Position numbers and translations under genes: made by a program. 48,722 bases of DNA. Origin: Candidatus Rokuibacteriota bacterium (GTDB lineage Bacteria > Methylomirabilota > Methylomirabilia > Rokubacteriales > DASRDR01). Shown here one piece after another: positions 8,699 through 16,515 of the stretch; the first letter of the stretch is position 1; each line of letters begins with the position of its first letter. The notes beneath the pieces were generated by a model. It ran no database searches and was not told the DNA's origin. It worked only from the letters and a program-made list of their open reading frames with translations. The stretch spans positions 1 to 48,722 of the forward strand of contig JBIOTN010000053.1 of assembly GCA_044866005.1 (NCBI GenBank), written 5' to 3'.

Positions 8699-10003
8699 AT
8701 GGGGAATCGACGCGGATGGGCAGGCCGAGTCCCACTCCTGATGCTCCTCGTGGCGGCGGCGTGGATGATCCCGCCCGAGCCGGCCCACGCCCAGCGGAAC
8801 GTCACCTCGCTCTTCGACGTCCGTCTGGGGGGCTACATCCAGACCAACGGCACCTGGGACAGCGACGAGTCCCCGGACAGCGCCAACAGCATGCGGGACT
8901 TCGCGATCGAAAAGGGGGCGGACGGGGAGGGCCGCGACACCTTCCGCCTCGGCGCGTTCCGCACCCGGCTCTTCATGGACATTCGCGGCCCCGAGATCCT
9001 CTGGGGAGCCAAGACCCGCGGCTTCATCGAGACCGACTTCGACGGCCTCCAGACGGACAACTCCCCCGCCCACACGCCCCGGCTCCGCCGGGCCTACTTC
9101 CAGCTCGCCTGGCCGATGATCGAGGCCCGGATCGGCCAGGACACGCTCCTCTTCACGAGCGCCGTGGGCAGCGAGTCCGAGATCTCGGCCGTCGCCTCCG
9201 GACGGCGCGGTGACATCACGGCCGGGTCCCGCAACCGCGTACCGCAGCTCCGGCTCAAGAGCGAGATCCCTGCCGGGCCCGTGACGGTCAGTCCCGCCGT
9301 GGCCGTGTCCCGGAACGCGGCCGGGACCAACCAGGGCGACAGCGCGCTGAACGACAGCGGCTCCCGGGCCGACATCCCGGTGGCCTTGCAGGGCATGGGG
9401 CAGGTCGGCGTCAAGCTCTTCGGCCGTGACGCCATCTTCGCCGTCTCGGGGTACTGGGGGGAGGAGCGACTGGTGAGCCCGATCCCGGGCGTCGCCCCGG
9501 TCCCGGGCGCGGCGCCGGCCCCCAAGATCGCGAAAGACGTCAACAACCAGGGTCTCGCCGTCGAGGCCCTCATCCCGATCGGCCCGGTCTTCCCGTTCGG
9601 CGGCTTCGACGTCCGGGGCAACTACTTCAAGGGCGAGAACATGCACCGCCTGAGCCTGGGGGCGAACAACTCGGGGCTCACCTCCACGGATCCGACCAAG
9701 ACCGTATCCGAGATCGGCTCCGAAGGCTGGTGGGCGGAGGCCACCTGGGCCGTCACCAAGGACATCACCCTGGGCGGCGGCTACGGCCGCATGGACGACG
9801 ACCTGGCCGACATCATCAAGGCCGGGGGGACGAAGATCGACCGGAACGAGGGCTACTGGATCTTCGCCCGGTTCACGGACGGCCCCTTCATGTATTTCGT
9901 GCAGTTCAGCAACATAGACACCACGCGCATCGACACGGCCACGCTGGTCCGGACGGAGACCGATTCGCAGGAGGTCCACTTCATCTTCCGGTATACTTTC
10001 TAG
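8699..10003 (+). CDS. outer-membrane beta-barrel porin, DcaP-like
   Basis: AAGGAGG RBS and signal peptide. Motifs LGGYIQ, RTRL, TRGFIETDF, PRLRRAY, RIGQD and RVPQLR, amphipathic strands, and a C-terminal Phe (FIFRYTF). Confidence 0.8.
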   Translation: MGNRRGWAGRVPLLMLLVAAAWMIPPEPAHAQRNVTSLFDVRLGGYIQTNGTWDSDESPDSANSMRDFAIEKGADGEGRDTFRLGAFRTRLFMDIRGPEILWGAKTRGFIETDFDGLQTDNSPAHTPRLRRAYFQLAWPMIEARIGQDTLLFTSAVGSESEISAVASGRRGDITAGSRNRVPQLRLKSEIPAGPVTVSPAVAVSRNAAGTNQGDSALNDSGSRADIPVALQGMGQVGVKLFGRDAIFAVSGYWGEERLVSPIPGVAPVPGAAPAPKIAKDVNNQGLAVEALIPIGPVFPFGGFDVRGNYFKGENMHRLSLGANNSGLTSTDPTKTVSEIGSEGWWAEATWAVTKDITLGGGYGRMDDDLADIIKAGGTKIDRNEGYWIFARFTDGPFMYFVQFSNIDTTRIDTATLVRTETDSQEVHFIFRYTF

Positions 10004-10036
10004 CGGATCGACCCCGATACGCACAGGAGGAGCCTC

Positions 10037-11686
10037 ATGGGGCGAGCACGCGTCGCGGTCTTCCTCGTGGGGCTCCTTCTGCTCCCGCGACTCCTGCCGG
10101 CGGCCGATCCGCCGGAGCTGCTCATCCTTCCCTTCGAGATCTCCAGCCCGGAGCGTCTCGACTACCTGAGAGAGTCCCTGCTCGACCTCCTGGCCAGCCG
10201 CATCGGCCAGGGGGCCGAGGTCAGGGTCGTGGCCCGGGAGAAGGTGGCCGACGCCCTCCGGGGGCGGCCGACCGGCGCCCTCACGCAGGCCGAGATGCAG
10301 GCGCTCGCCCGCGCCGTGGGCGCCGACTACGTCCTCTCCGGGCGGCTGACGAAGATCGGGGAGGCGTTCAGCCTCGACGCCGCGGTCGCCGACGTCAAGG
10401 GCGGTGCCCCGGTGGGGCGCTTCGTCGCCGAGGGCGAGGGCCTGTCGCGCCTGATCCCGAAGGTCGGGGAGCTGGCCGAGGCGGTCCGGAAGCGCTTCGC
10501 GGCCATCGCCGCGGTTCCCGCGACCCCGCCGGCCGCCGCCGCCGTCCCGCCGGCCGCGGTCACGCCGGTGCCGGCCGCCCCACCGGGCGGCAGTCCGCCG
10601 GCCGCGGTCGCGCCGCCGCCGGGCCCCGCGACTGCGCGAGCCACTCCGCCGCCCGCCGCCGGGCCCGCGCCCCCGGCCGGCCTGCCCGGGAAAGCCGTGC
10701 TCAGCCGACCGCTCCCCATCGAGATCCGCGGCCTCGGCGTGGGCGACGTCACCCGCGCCGGCACGAGCCAGATCGTGGTCCTCACGCGGCGCGAGGTCCA
10801 GCTCTACCGCTGGGCGGGCGACGACCTGACGCTCCTCGCCCGGTACAGCTCGCCCCGGCTGCTCGAGCACGTCGGCGTCGACGTCGCCGACCTCAACGGA
10901 AACGGCGCGGCCGAGATCTACGTGACCGCCCTGGGGCCGGCGCACTCGGTCAGCTCCTTCGTCGTCGAGTGGAACGGCTCGGAGCTTCGGCCCCTCGTTT
11001 CGACCCTGCCGTGGTACTTCCGGGTCGTCCGCCTCCCCGACGGCCCCGCGCTGGTCGGTCAGGCGCGCGGGTACAGCAAGGTCTTCGAAGGGCCGGTGCG
11101 GCGGTTTGCCTGGGCCGGCGGGCAGCTCGCCGCCGGGGACGCGTTGCCGCTCCCCGGACACGTGACGGTCTACTCTTTCGCCATGGCCGATCTCGACGGG
11201 GACGGCCGGGCCGAGGTCGTTTCCCTCCAGGCGCGCTCTCCGCTGATCCTCTACGCGGCCGACGGGTCGGCTCTCAAGCGCGGGGCGAAGTACGGCCAGA
11301 CGGCGCTCTACATGGTCGAGGTGCCCAGTCGCAGCGACGAGACGGAGGAGGGCTTCCACCTTCCGGGGCGGATTCTGGCGACGACACTGCCCGGATCGGG
11401 CCCCGTGATCCTGGTCGGCCGCAATCACGAAGCCTACGGCTTCTTCAACCGGGCGAGGAACTTCACCCAGGGCGAGGTCGTCGGGCTCCGCTTCACCCAG
11501 GGCGACCTCGACGAGGTCTGGCGGACGGAGCAGCTCGCCTACGTGGCTGACTTCCAGGTCGCGCCGCTCGGCCCCCGCGGCGAGCCGGTCCTGGTCGTCG
11601 GGACGGTGACCGATTTCGAGGGCCTGATGGCCAAGCCGAAGAGCTGGCTGGGGCTGGTTCCGCTGGGGGCGGCCGCGAGCCGCTGA
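10037..11686 (+). CDS. exported FG-GAP/VCBS-repeat protein with an N-terminal CsgG/TolB-N-like domain and a Pro/Ala linker
   Basis: Signal peptide. ILPFE...GADYVLSGRLTKIGEAFSLDA domain, a PAAA-rich linker, and DLNGNGAAEI, DLDGDGRAEVV and GDVT repeats. Confidence 0.78.
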   Translation: MGRARVAVFLVGLLLLPRLLPAADPPELLILPFEISSPERLDYLRESLLDLLASRIGQGAEVRVVAREKVADALRGRPTGALTQAEMQALARAVGADYVLSGRLTKIGEAFSLDAAVADVKGGAPVGRFVAEGEGLSRLIPKVGELAEAVRKRFAAIAAVPATPPAAAAVPPAAVTPVPAAPPGGSPPAAVAPPPGPATARATPPPAAGPAPPAGLPGKAVLSRPLPIEIRGLGVGDVTRAGTSQIVVLTRREVQLYRWAGDDLTLLARYSSPRLLEHVGVDVADLNGNGAAEIYVTALGPAHSVSSFVVEWNGSELRPLVSTLPWYFRVVRLPDGPALVGQARGYSKVFEGPVRRFAWAGGQLAAGDALPLPGHVTVYSFAMADLDGDGRAEVVSLQARSPLILYAADGSALKRGAKYGQTALYMVEVPSRSDETEEGFHLPGRILATTLPGSGPVILVGRNHEAYGFFNRARNFTQGEVVGLRFTQGDLDEVWRTEQLAYVADFQVAPLGPRGEPVLVVGTVTDFEGLMAKPKSWLGLVPLGAAASR

Positions 11687-11700
11687 CGGCAGGCCGGAGG

Positions 11701-12231
11701 TTGATGGTGTCGATGGTGAAGATCGTGAAGGCGTGCCGCCGGCGATCGTTCGGCCTCGGCGTGGGCGGGCTCGTGCTGGCCGGGTGCGCGGCCTTCGGAA
11801 GCCATGTCGCGCCGGCGGCGCCCGTCGCCGCGATCCCCGGCGGCCAGTACGACGTGCGGGTCTACACGGCGATGGCGCCCACCCTGCCCCCGGCCGGCGA
11901 GGTCGTCGCGGCGGTGGTCTACACCCGGCCGGGCGGGCCCCCCGTCGAGGTCTGGTCGACGAACAACGCCTGGCTCTGGGAGCGCCGCCTCGGCCCGGGG
12001 ACCGGGACCGAGCACCTGGCGCTGGTCAAATCTCCCGCCAACTACCAGCTCGTCGCCCTCGCCACGCCGGGCGGCGCCGTCGTCGGCTACGCCGCGGTCC
12101 TTCGGGTCGGGGTCCAGGCGACCGTGGAGTCCGTGGGCTCCCGGACCGTCCTCTTCCTCTCCACCCGCGACTTCATGGACCCGGACTACATGCGACCCGG
12201 GGACGGCGGCAAGAGCGCGCGGCGGCGCTGA
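11701..12231 (+). CDS. hypothetical lipoprotein
   Basis: GGAGG at 11696-700; basic N-terminus, hydrophobic stretch and LAGC lipobox. The start may be 11707 or 11713. Confidence 0.65.
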   Translation: MMVSMVKIVKACRRRSFGLGVGGLVLAGCAAFGSHVAPAAPVAAIPGGQYDVRVYTAMAPTLPPAGEVVAAVVYTRPGGPPVEVWSTNNAWLWERRLGPGTGTEHLALVKSPANYQLVALATPGGAVVGYAAVLRVGVQATVESVGSRTVLFLSTRDFMDPDYMRPGDGGKSARRR

Positions 12232-12406
12232 GCGCTCCGGAGGGGCCTTTCCGGGCTCCTCCATGCTCCCACCCTGCCGTCGCCGACCCGTCGTCGCCCG
12301 TCTCCGCCACGCGGCGGACCTGGACCGCGACGTGGGTGTCGGCGTCCTTGTCTTCGTCGTTGGTGTGAAACGTGACGCCGGCGCGGGTCAACACGTACTG
12401 ACTCAT
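12173..12406 (-). pseudogene. probable truncated gene remnant coupled to the permease stop
   Basis: ATG 12406 overlaps the permease TGA (ATGA). The first ~33 codons look protein-like (MSQYVLTRAGVTFHTNDEDKDADTHVAVQVRR). The frame then runs through a hairpin and into the convergent lipoprotein gene. Confidence 0.35.
12239..12262. repeat. REP-like hairpin or terminator between convergent units
   Basis: GGAGGGGCC-N6-GGCTCCTCC stem, resembling the 5731/15322 family. Confidence 0.45.
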
Positions 12407-14139
12407 GCTGGGCCGCGGCCGAGGCGTCGCGCCGCCAGCACGAGCCCCACGCAGAGGAGCGTGACCAGGACGCCCAGCGCCCCCATCCGGCCGTGCAACC
12501 CGTCCAGCCACAGGTGGTAGAGGAGCGGGCCGACGGGCTCGGAGGACGGGGTGTAGAGGAACACGGACAGGCTGAACTCCCGGATGAAGATCGTGGCGAG
12601 GAAGATCCAGCCCGCGACGAAGCCGGGGCGCATCAACGGCAGGAGCACCCGCCGGAAGGTCGTCCCGAAGCCGCCGCCGGAGATGTGCGACGCCTCCTCC
12701 AGCTCCCTGTGGATCTGCACGATGGTGCCGGTCATGGAGCGCAAGCCGTAGGGGAAGAAGCGCGTCACGTAGCCGATCAGGAGGATCCAGACGCTGGCGA
12801 CGATGGGAATGGGGAAGTCCACGTAGGCCCACAAGAGCCCGATCGCCAGCGCGGTGCCGGGAAAGGCGAAGGGCAGGAAGCTCAGGCCCTCCAGCACCCC
12901 GCGTCCGACGATCCGCGACTTGACCGTGACGTAGGCGGTCAGCGACGCCAGCAGCATGCAGAGCGTGGCGCCGACCAGTGCCAGGAAGAGGCTGGTGCGC
13001 GTCGCCACCCACACGCGGTTGTTCGCGAGGACCGCCCCGTAGTGCCGGAGCGTCAGGGCGGAGATCGCCTCGTCCAGGGGCATGGGGAAGTACGGCAGCA
13101 GCGAGGTGAGGAGCAGGACCAGCCAGGGCAGCGCGACCAGGAGGACCAGGACCGACCCGGCCACCGCGCTCGCGAGGTAGCGGAAGCGCCCCAGGTCGAT
13201 CGCCGCGGAGCGGAAGCCCCGGCCCGTGACGGTGACGAAGCGCTCGGCCTTCCGGAGCATCACGCGGTAGACGTACACCAACCCCAGCGTGATCGCGAGC
13301 AGGCTCATGGCGTAGGAGGCGGCCAGGTTGTGGTTGGGGGGAAAGGCGTCGAGGGCTTCCTTGAAGATCTTCGAGGCGAAGACGTCGATGCGGGCCGGCA
13401 GGGCGATGACCGCGGGCGTGTCGAAGCTCTCGATGGCCCGCACGAAGTTCAGGATGCCCGCCGCCAGGATCGCCGGGCGGATCAGCGGAAAGGTCACGCG
13501 CCGGACGATCTGGAGGTGAGGCGACCCCGCCATGCGCGCGGATTCCTCGAGCGACGGATCCATCGAGCGGAGCGCCGCGGCGATGATGAGGAACGCGAGC
13601 GGGGTGAGGATGAGCCCCTCCACGAAGATCATCCCGGCCATCGAGTAGATGTTGAACGGCGCGGTGTCGAGCCCGAACAGGGTCATGACGAGGCCGTTGA
13701 TCAGCCCCACGGTCGGGTTGAGGAGCAGCGTCCAGGCCACGGCGATGAGCAGCGGCGGCATGATGTTGGGGACGATGGCGATGAGCTCGAAGAAGCGCGC
13801 GCCCGGCGCATTCGTCCGCACGACGACCCACGCGATCACGCCGGCCAGGACGATGGAGAGGGCGGCGGACCCTCCGGCGAACACGAAAGAGTTGAGGAGG
13901 ACCTCCCAGGTGTCCGGATCGGCATACGCGGTGCGGTAGTGCTGAAGGGTCAGGTGCCCGGGCACGCCGAGCGGGGCGTCGCTCAGGCTGCCGTAGACCA
14001 GCATGAGGGTGGGCTGCAGGCTGAGGAAGCCGATGACGGCTCCCAGGACGAGCGTGAGGAGCAGGAGCGGGCTCCGCAGCTCGGCCAGGAGGGCCGAGGG
14101 GATCCTGCGCCGCAGGACGGTGGCGGCGGCGGGGCTCAC
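12403..14139 (-). CDS. ABC permease, FbpB/ThiP-type (two fused membrane domains)
   Basis: Two EAA loops (LEESARMAG and LEEASHISG) and about 12 TM helices. Confidence 0.92.
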   Translation of the reverse strand: MSPAAATVLRRRIPSALLAELRSPLLLLTLVLGAVIGFLSLQPTLMLVYGSLSDAPLGVPGHLTLQHYRTAYADPDTWEVLLNSFVFAGGSAALSIVLAGVIAWVVVRTNAPGARFFELIAIVPNIMPPLLIAVAWTLLLNPTVGLINGLVMTLFGLDTAPFNIYSMAGMIFVEGLILTPLAFLIIAAALRSMDPSLEESARMAGSPHLQIVRRVTFPLIRPAILAAGILNFVRAIESFDTPAVIALPARIDVFASKIFKEALDAFPPNHNLAASYAMSLLAITLGLVYVYRVMLRKAERFVTVTGRGFRSAAIDLGRFRYLASAVAGSVLVLLVALPWLVLLLTSLLPYFPMPLDEAISALTLRHYGAVLANNRVWVATRTSLFLALVGATLCMLLASLTAYVTVKSRIVGRGVLEGLSFLPFAFPGTALAIGLLWAYVDFPIPIVASVWILLIGYVTRFFPYGLRSMTGTIVQIHRELEEASHISGGGFGTTFRRVLLPLMRPGFVAGWIFLATIFIREFSLSVFLYTPSSEPVGPLLYHLWLDGLHGRMGALGVLVTLLCVGLVLAARRLGRGPA

Positions 14140-14172
14140 CGCCGGGCGGTCGCGCGGGCCGCGGGGCGCAGC

Positions 14173-15201
14173 CTAATCGAAGAAGATCTTCTTGAACTCA
14201 CCCCGCCACTTCTTCAGGGCCTCGTCGTCCAGGTCGTCCATGCCCACGACCTCGAGCTTCTCGGCGTCCTTGATCGGCGGGTGCACGCCCTTCACCAGCA
14301 CGAACTCCCCCTCCGAGGCCAGGAGCTTGAGGCCCTCCGGCGAGATGAAGAAGTTGACGAAGGCCTTCGCCGCGTTGGGGTGGGGCGCCTTGGCGCCGAT
14401 GCCGACGACGTGCTGGTCGCCCAGGACCGGGTTGATCCGCGCATAGTCGAGCGGCGCGCCCTCCTTCGTCCCCATCACGTGGACGTACTTGATGTAGGAG
14501 ATGCCGAGCGGGGCCTCGCCGCCGATCACCTTCTTCGCCACCGGGATGAAGGACTCCACCATGATCGGCTTCTGCGCGGCCAGCCGCTCCACGAACGTCT
14601 TCGCGTCCTGGCCCAGGATCTTCGGGAGGTTGGCCAGCCAGCTGATCGTCGTGGAGTGGCGGGTCGGATCGGGCATGACGATCTTGCCCTTCCACCGGGG
14701 CTGCAGGAGGTCCTTGAGGGTCCTGGGGACCTCGTCCGCCTTCACCAACCGCGGGTTGTAGAGGACGCTGATGAGCACCACCCGGTAAGGCGGCGACAGC
14801 ACGCCTTCTGGATCGCGGGCGTTCGCGGGGAACGCGGCCGCGGCGGGGGCGACGTAGCGGCCGAAGGTGCCTTCCTGCTTCATGATCCTCATCGGCGTCG
14901 CGTTGGTGAGGACGACGTCGAAGGCGGGCTTCCCGGCCCGCGTCTCGGTCAGCACCCGGTCCATCACCTTCGTCGAGGCCGCCCGCCAGTATTCCGCCTT
15001 GATCTCGTACTTCGCCTCGAAGGCCTTCTGGACCGCCTCCATGATCTCGGACTCGATCGACCCGTAGACGAGGAGCTTCCCCTCCTTCTTCGCGGCGTCC
15101 AGGACGTCCCGGGGTAGCTCCTGGGCCTCGCCCGGAGGCAGGAGGAGCGTCATCGCGAGCGCCAGCGCCCCGAGGAGCGTGACAGAAAGCCTGCCGATCA
15201 T
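14173..15201 (-). CDS. ABC extracellular solute-binding protein, FbpA/AfuA-like
   Basis: AAGGAG RBS and signal peptide; AAKKEGKLLVYGS, DLLQPRWKGKI and APHPNAAKAFVNF. Confidence 0.9.
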   Translation of the reverse strand: MIGRLSVTLLGALALAMTLLLPPGEAQELPRDVLDAAKKEGKLLVYGSIESEIMEAVQKAFEAKYEIKAEYWRAASTKVMDRVLTETRAGKPAFDVVLTNATPMRIMKQEGTFGRYVAPAAAAFPANARDPEGVLSPPYRVVLISVLYNPRLVKADEVPRTLKDLLQPRWKGKIVMPDPTRHSTTISWLANLPKILGQDAKTFVERLAAQKPIMVESFIPVAKKVIGGEAPLGISYIKYVHVMGTKEGAPLDYARINPVLGDQHVVGIGAKAPHPNAAKAFVNFFISPEGLKLLASEGEFVLVKGVHPPIKDAEKLEVVGMDDLDDEALKKWRGEFKKIFFD

Positions 15202-15321
15202 CCCCTGTCTCCTTGCCGTCGGTCGCCACGGGCCCAGGCACCACCACCCGCCGACCGGTGTGCCGCTTCGCGCGGGGGCTTGGCCGCCGGCCCACCCTCC
15301 CAGCCCTCAGAGGGGGAGGGC

Positions 15322-15351
15322 CCGGAGGGTGCCGTCGAGGCCGCCCTCCGG
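15322..15351. repeat. REP-like palindrome copy
   Basis: CCGGAGGGT-GCCGTCGAGG-CCGCCCTCCGG has the same central GCCGTCGAGGCC as the 5731 copy and abuts a stop codon. Confidence 0.6.
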
Positions 15352-16320
15352 CTAGAGCTTCAACAGCCGCGCCGCGGTGCCGCCCAGCATCGCGTCCTTG
15401 GCCGCCGCCGGCAGCGGGAGTGCCCGGACGTCGCGGATGTACTCGCGGATCGCGGCGACCCCTTTGCCCGTGTCCGTCAGCTCTCCGGTGAAGTCCTGAG
15501 GGTAGTCGGTGGCGAAGACGAGCTGCTCCGGCCGGATCCCGGTCAGGGCGCACTGGAGCGCGGCCGCGCCTCCTTCGAAGCCGGCCATGTCGAAGTAGAG
15601 GAGGTCGAAGTACTCGTCGAAGGAGCGCGGGCGCTTGGCGCCGAAGCGATAGGCCTTGTTCCGCAGCCGCTCCTTGATGGCGGCGACCCCCCCGCCGAAG
15701 TGGGCGACGACGAGCTCGAGGCCCGGCAGCTCTTCCAGGACGCCTGCCGCGATGAGGCGCGTGATCGCCAGGGCCAGGTCGAACTCCCGCCCGATGATCC
15801 GGGCCAGGTCGTACTCCCGCGCGTGGTCGTAGCCGTGAGGCATCAGGGCGGGATGCACGAAGACCGGGATGTCGAGCTCGACCGTCTTGGCGAAGAAGTC
15901 GCGGAAGGCGGGCGCGTCGAGCGGCGATCCGTGGATCTGCGACATCACCGTCACGCCGCGCAGGCCGAGCTGGGTGACCGCGCGCTCGAGCTCGCGCAGC
16001 CCGGCCTTGCCTTCGTGGACCGGGACGTGGGCGAGCCCCACGAAGCGGTCGCGGTGCTTCTGCTGGACCGCCGCGTACTCGTCGTTGATCCGCTGGCAGT
16101 CCTCGAGCGGCGCATCCCATCCGACCGGGCAGGACAGCACCGCGACGTCCATGCCCGCGAGCTCCATGTCCCGGAGCTGCTGGGACAGGTCGTACACCCG
16201 GTCGTGCATCGTGAACTTGGGCAGCCCGCCCTCGGTCAGGTTGACCTTCTGACCGCGACGCGCCCCGTGTCGCTCCGCGAGGGCCGAGGGGATGTAGTGG
16301 TGCTGGAAGTCGATGATCAT
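15352..16320 (-). CDS. amidohydrolase_2 family protein (ACMSD/LigW-like decarboxylase or hydratase)
   Basis: IIDFQHH, PVFVHP, VVAHFGG, LYFD and FATDYP motifs; GGAGGAGG RBS. Confidence 0.88.
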   Translation of the reverse strand: MIIDFQHHYIPSALAERHGARRGQKVNLTEGGLPKFTMHDRVYDLSQQLRDMELAGMDVAVLSCPVGWDAPLEDCQRINDEYAAVQQKHRDRFVGLAHVPVHEGKAGLRELERAVTQLGLRGVTVMSQIHGSPLDAPAFRDFFAKTVELDIPVFVHPALMPHGYDHAREYDLARIIGREFDLALAITRLIAAGVLEELPGLELVVAHFGGGVAAIKERLRNKAYRFGAKRPRSFDEYFDLLYFDMAGFEGGAAALQCALTGIRPEQLVFATDYPQDFTGELTDTGKGVAAIREYIRDVRALPLPAAAKDAMLGGTAARLLKL

Positions 16321-16438
16321 CGCCCCGCATCCTCCTCCCGGCCGTCGCCGCTATCATACTAGAGTCACCCGCCCCTGCCAGCCCCGCCCTCCCCCGCCCG
16401 GCGCCGGCGCGGCGCGCCGAGCCGGGGACGGGGGCAAA

Positions 16439-16468
16439 TTGACGGTCGGCGTGAGCCGGTGCTATCGT
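16439..16468 (+). promoter_or_regulatory. sigma70-type promoter for the Mo-hydroxylase/UbiD3 operon
   Basis: TTGACG-N18-TATCGT with an extended -10 TGn. It also shows that the ORF-track start at 16459 lies inside the promoter. Confidence 0.6.
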
Positions 16469-16515
16469 CCGATCATCCCACCTCGCCGGCATTCGACGCC
16501 CGGCGACCGAGGACG

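Noticed and set aside
10500..10690. GC-rich CCG/GCC repetitive tract
   Set aside because: It encodes the Pro/Ala linker of the FG-GAP protein and is not a separate repeat element.
8564..11428. 954-aa minus-strand ORF and many similar long ORFs (e.g. 23688-27578 +, 12493-15117 +, 43739-46606 -)
   Set aside because: They are antisense or alternate-frame shadows of well-supported genes. They are Arg/Gly/Pro-rich or mirror codon bias, as expected at this GC content.
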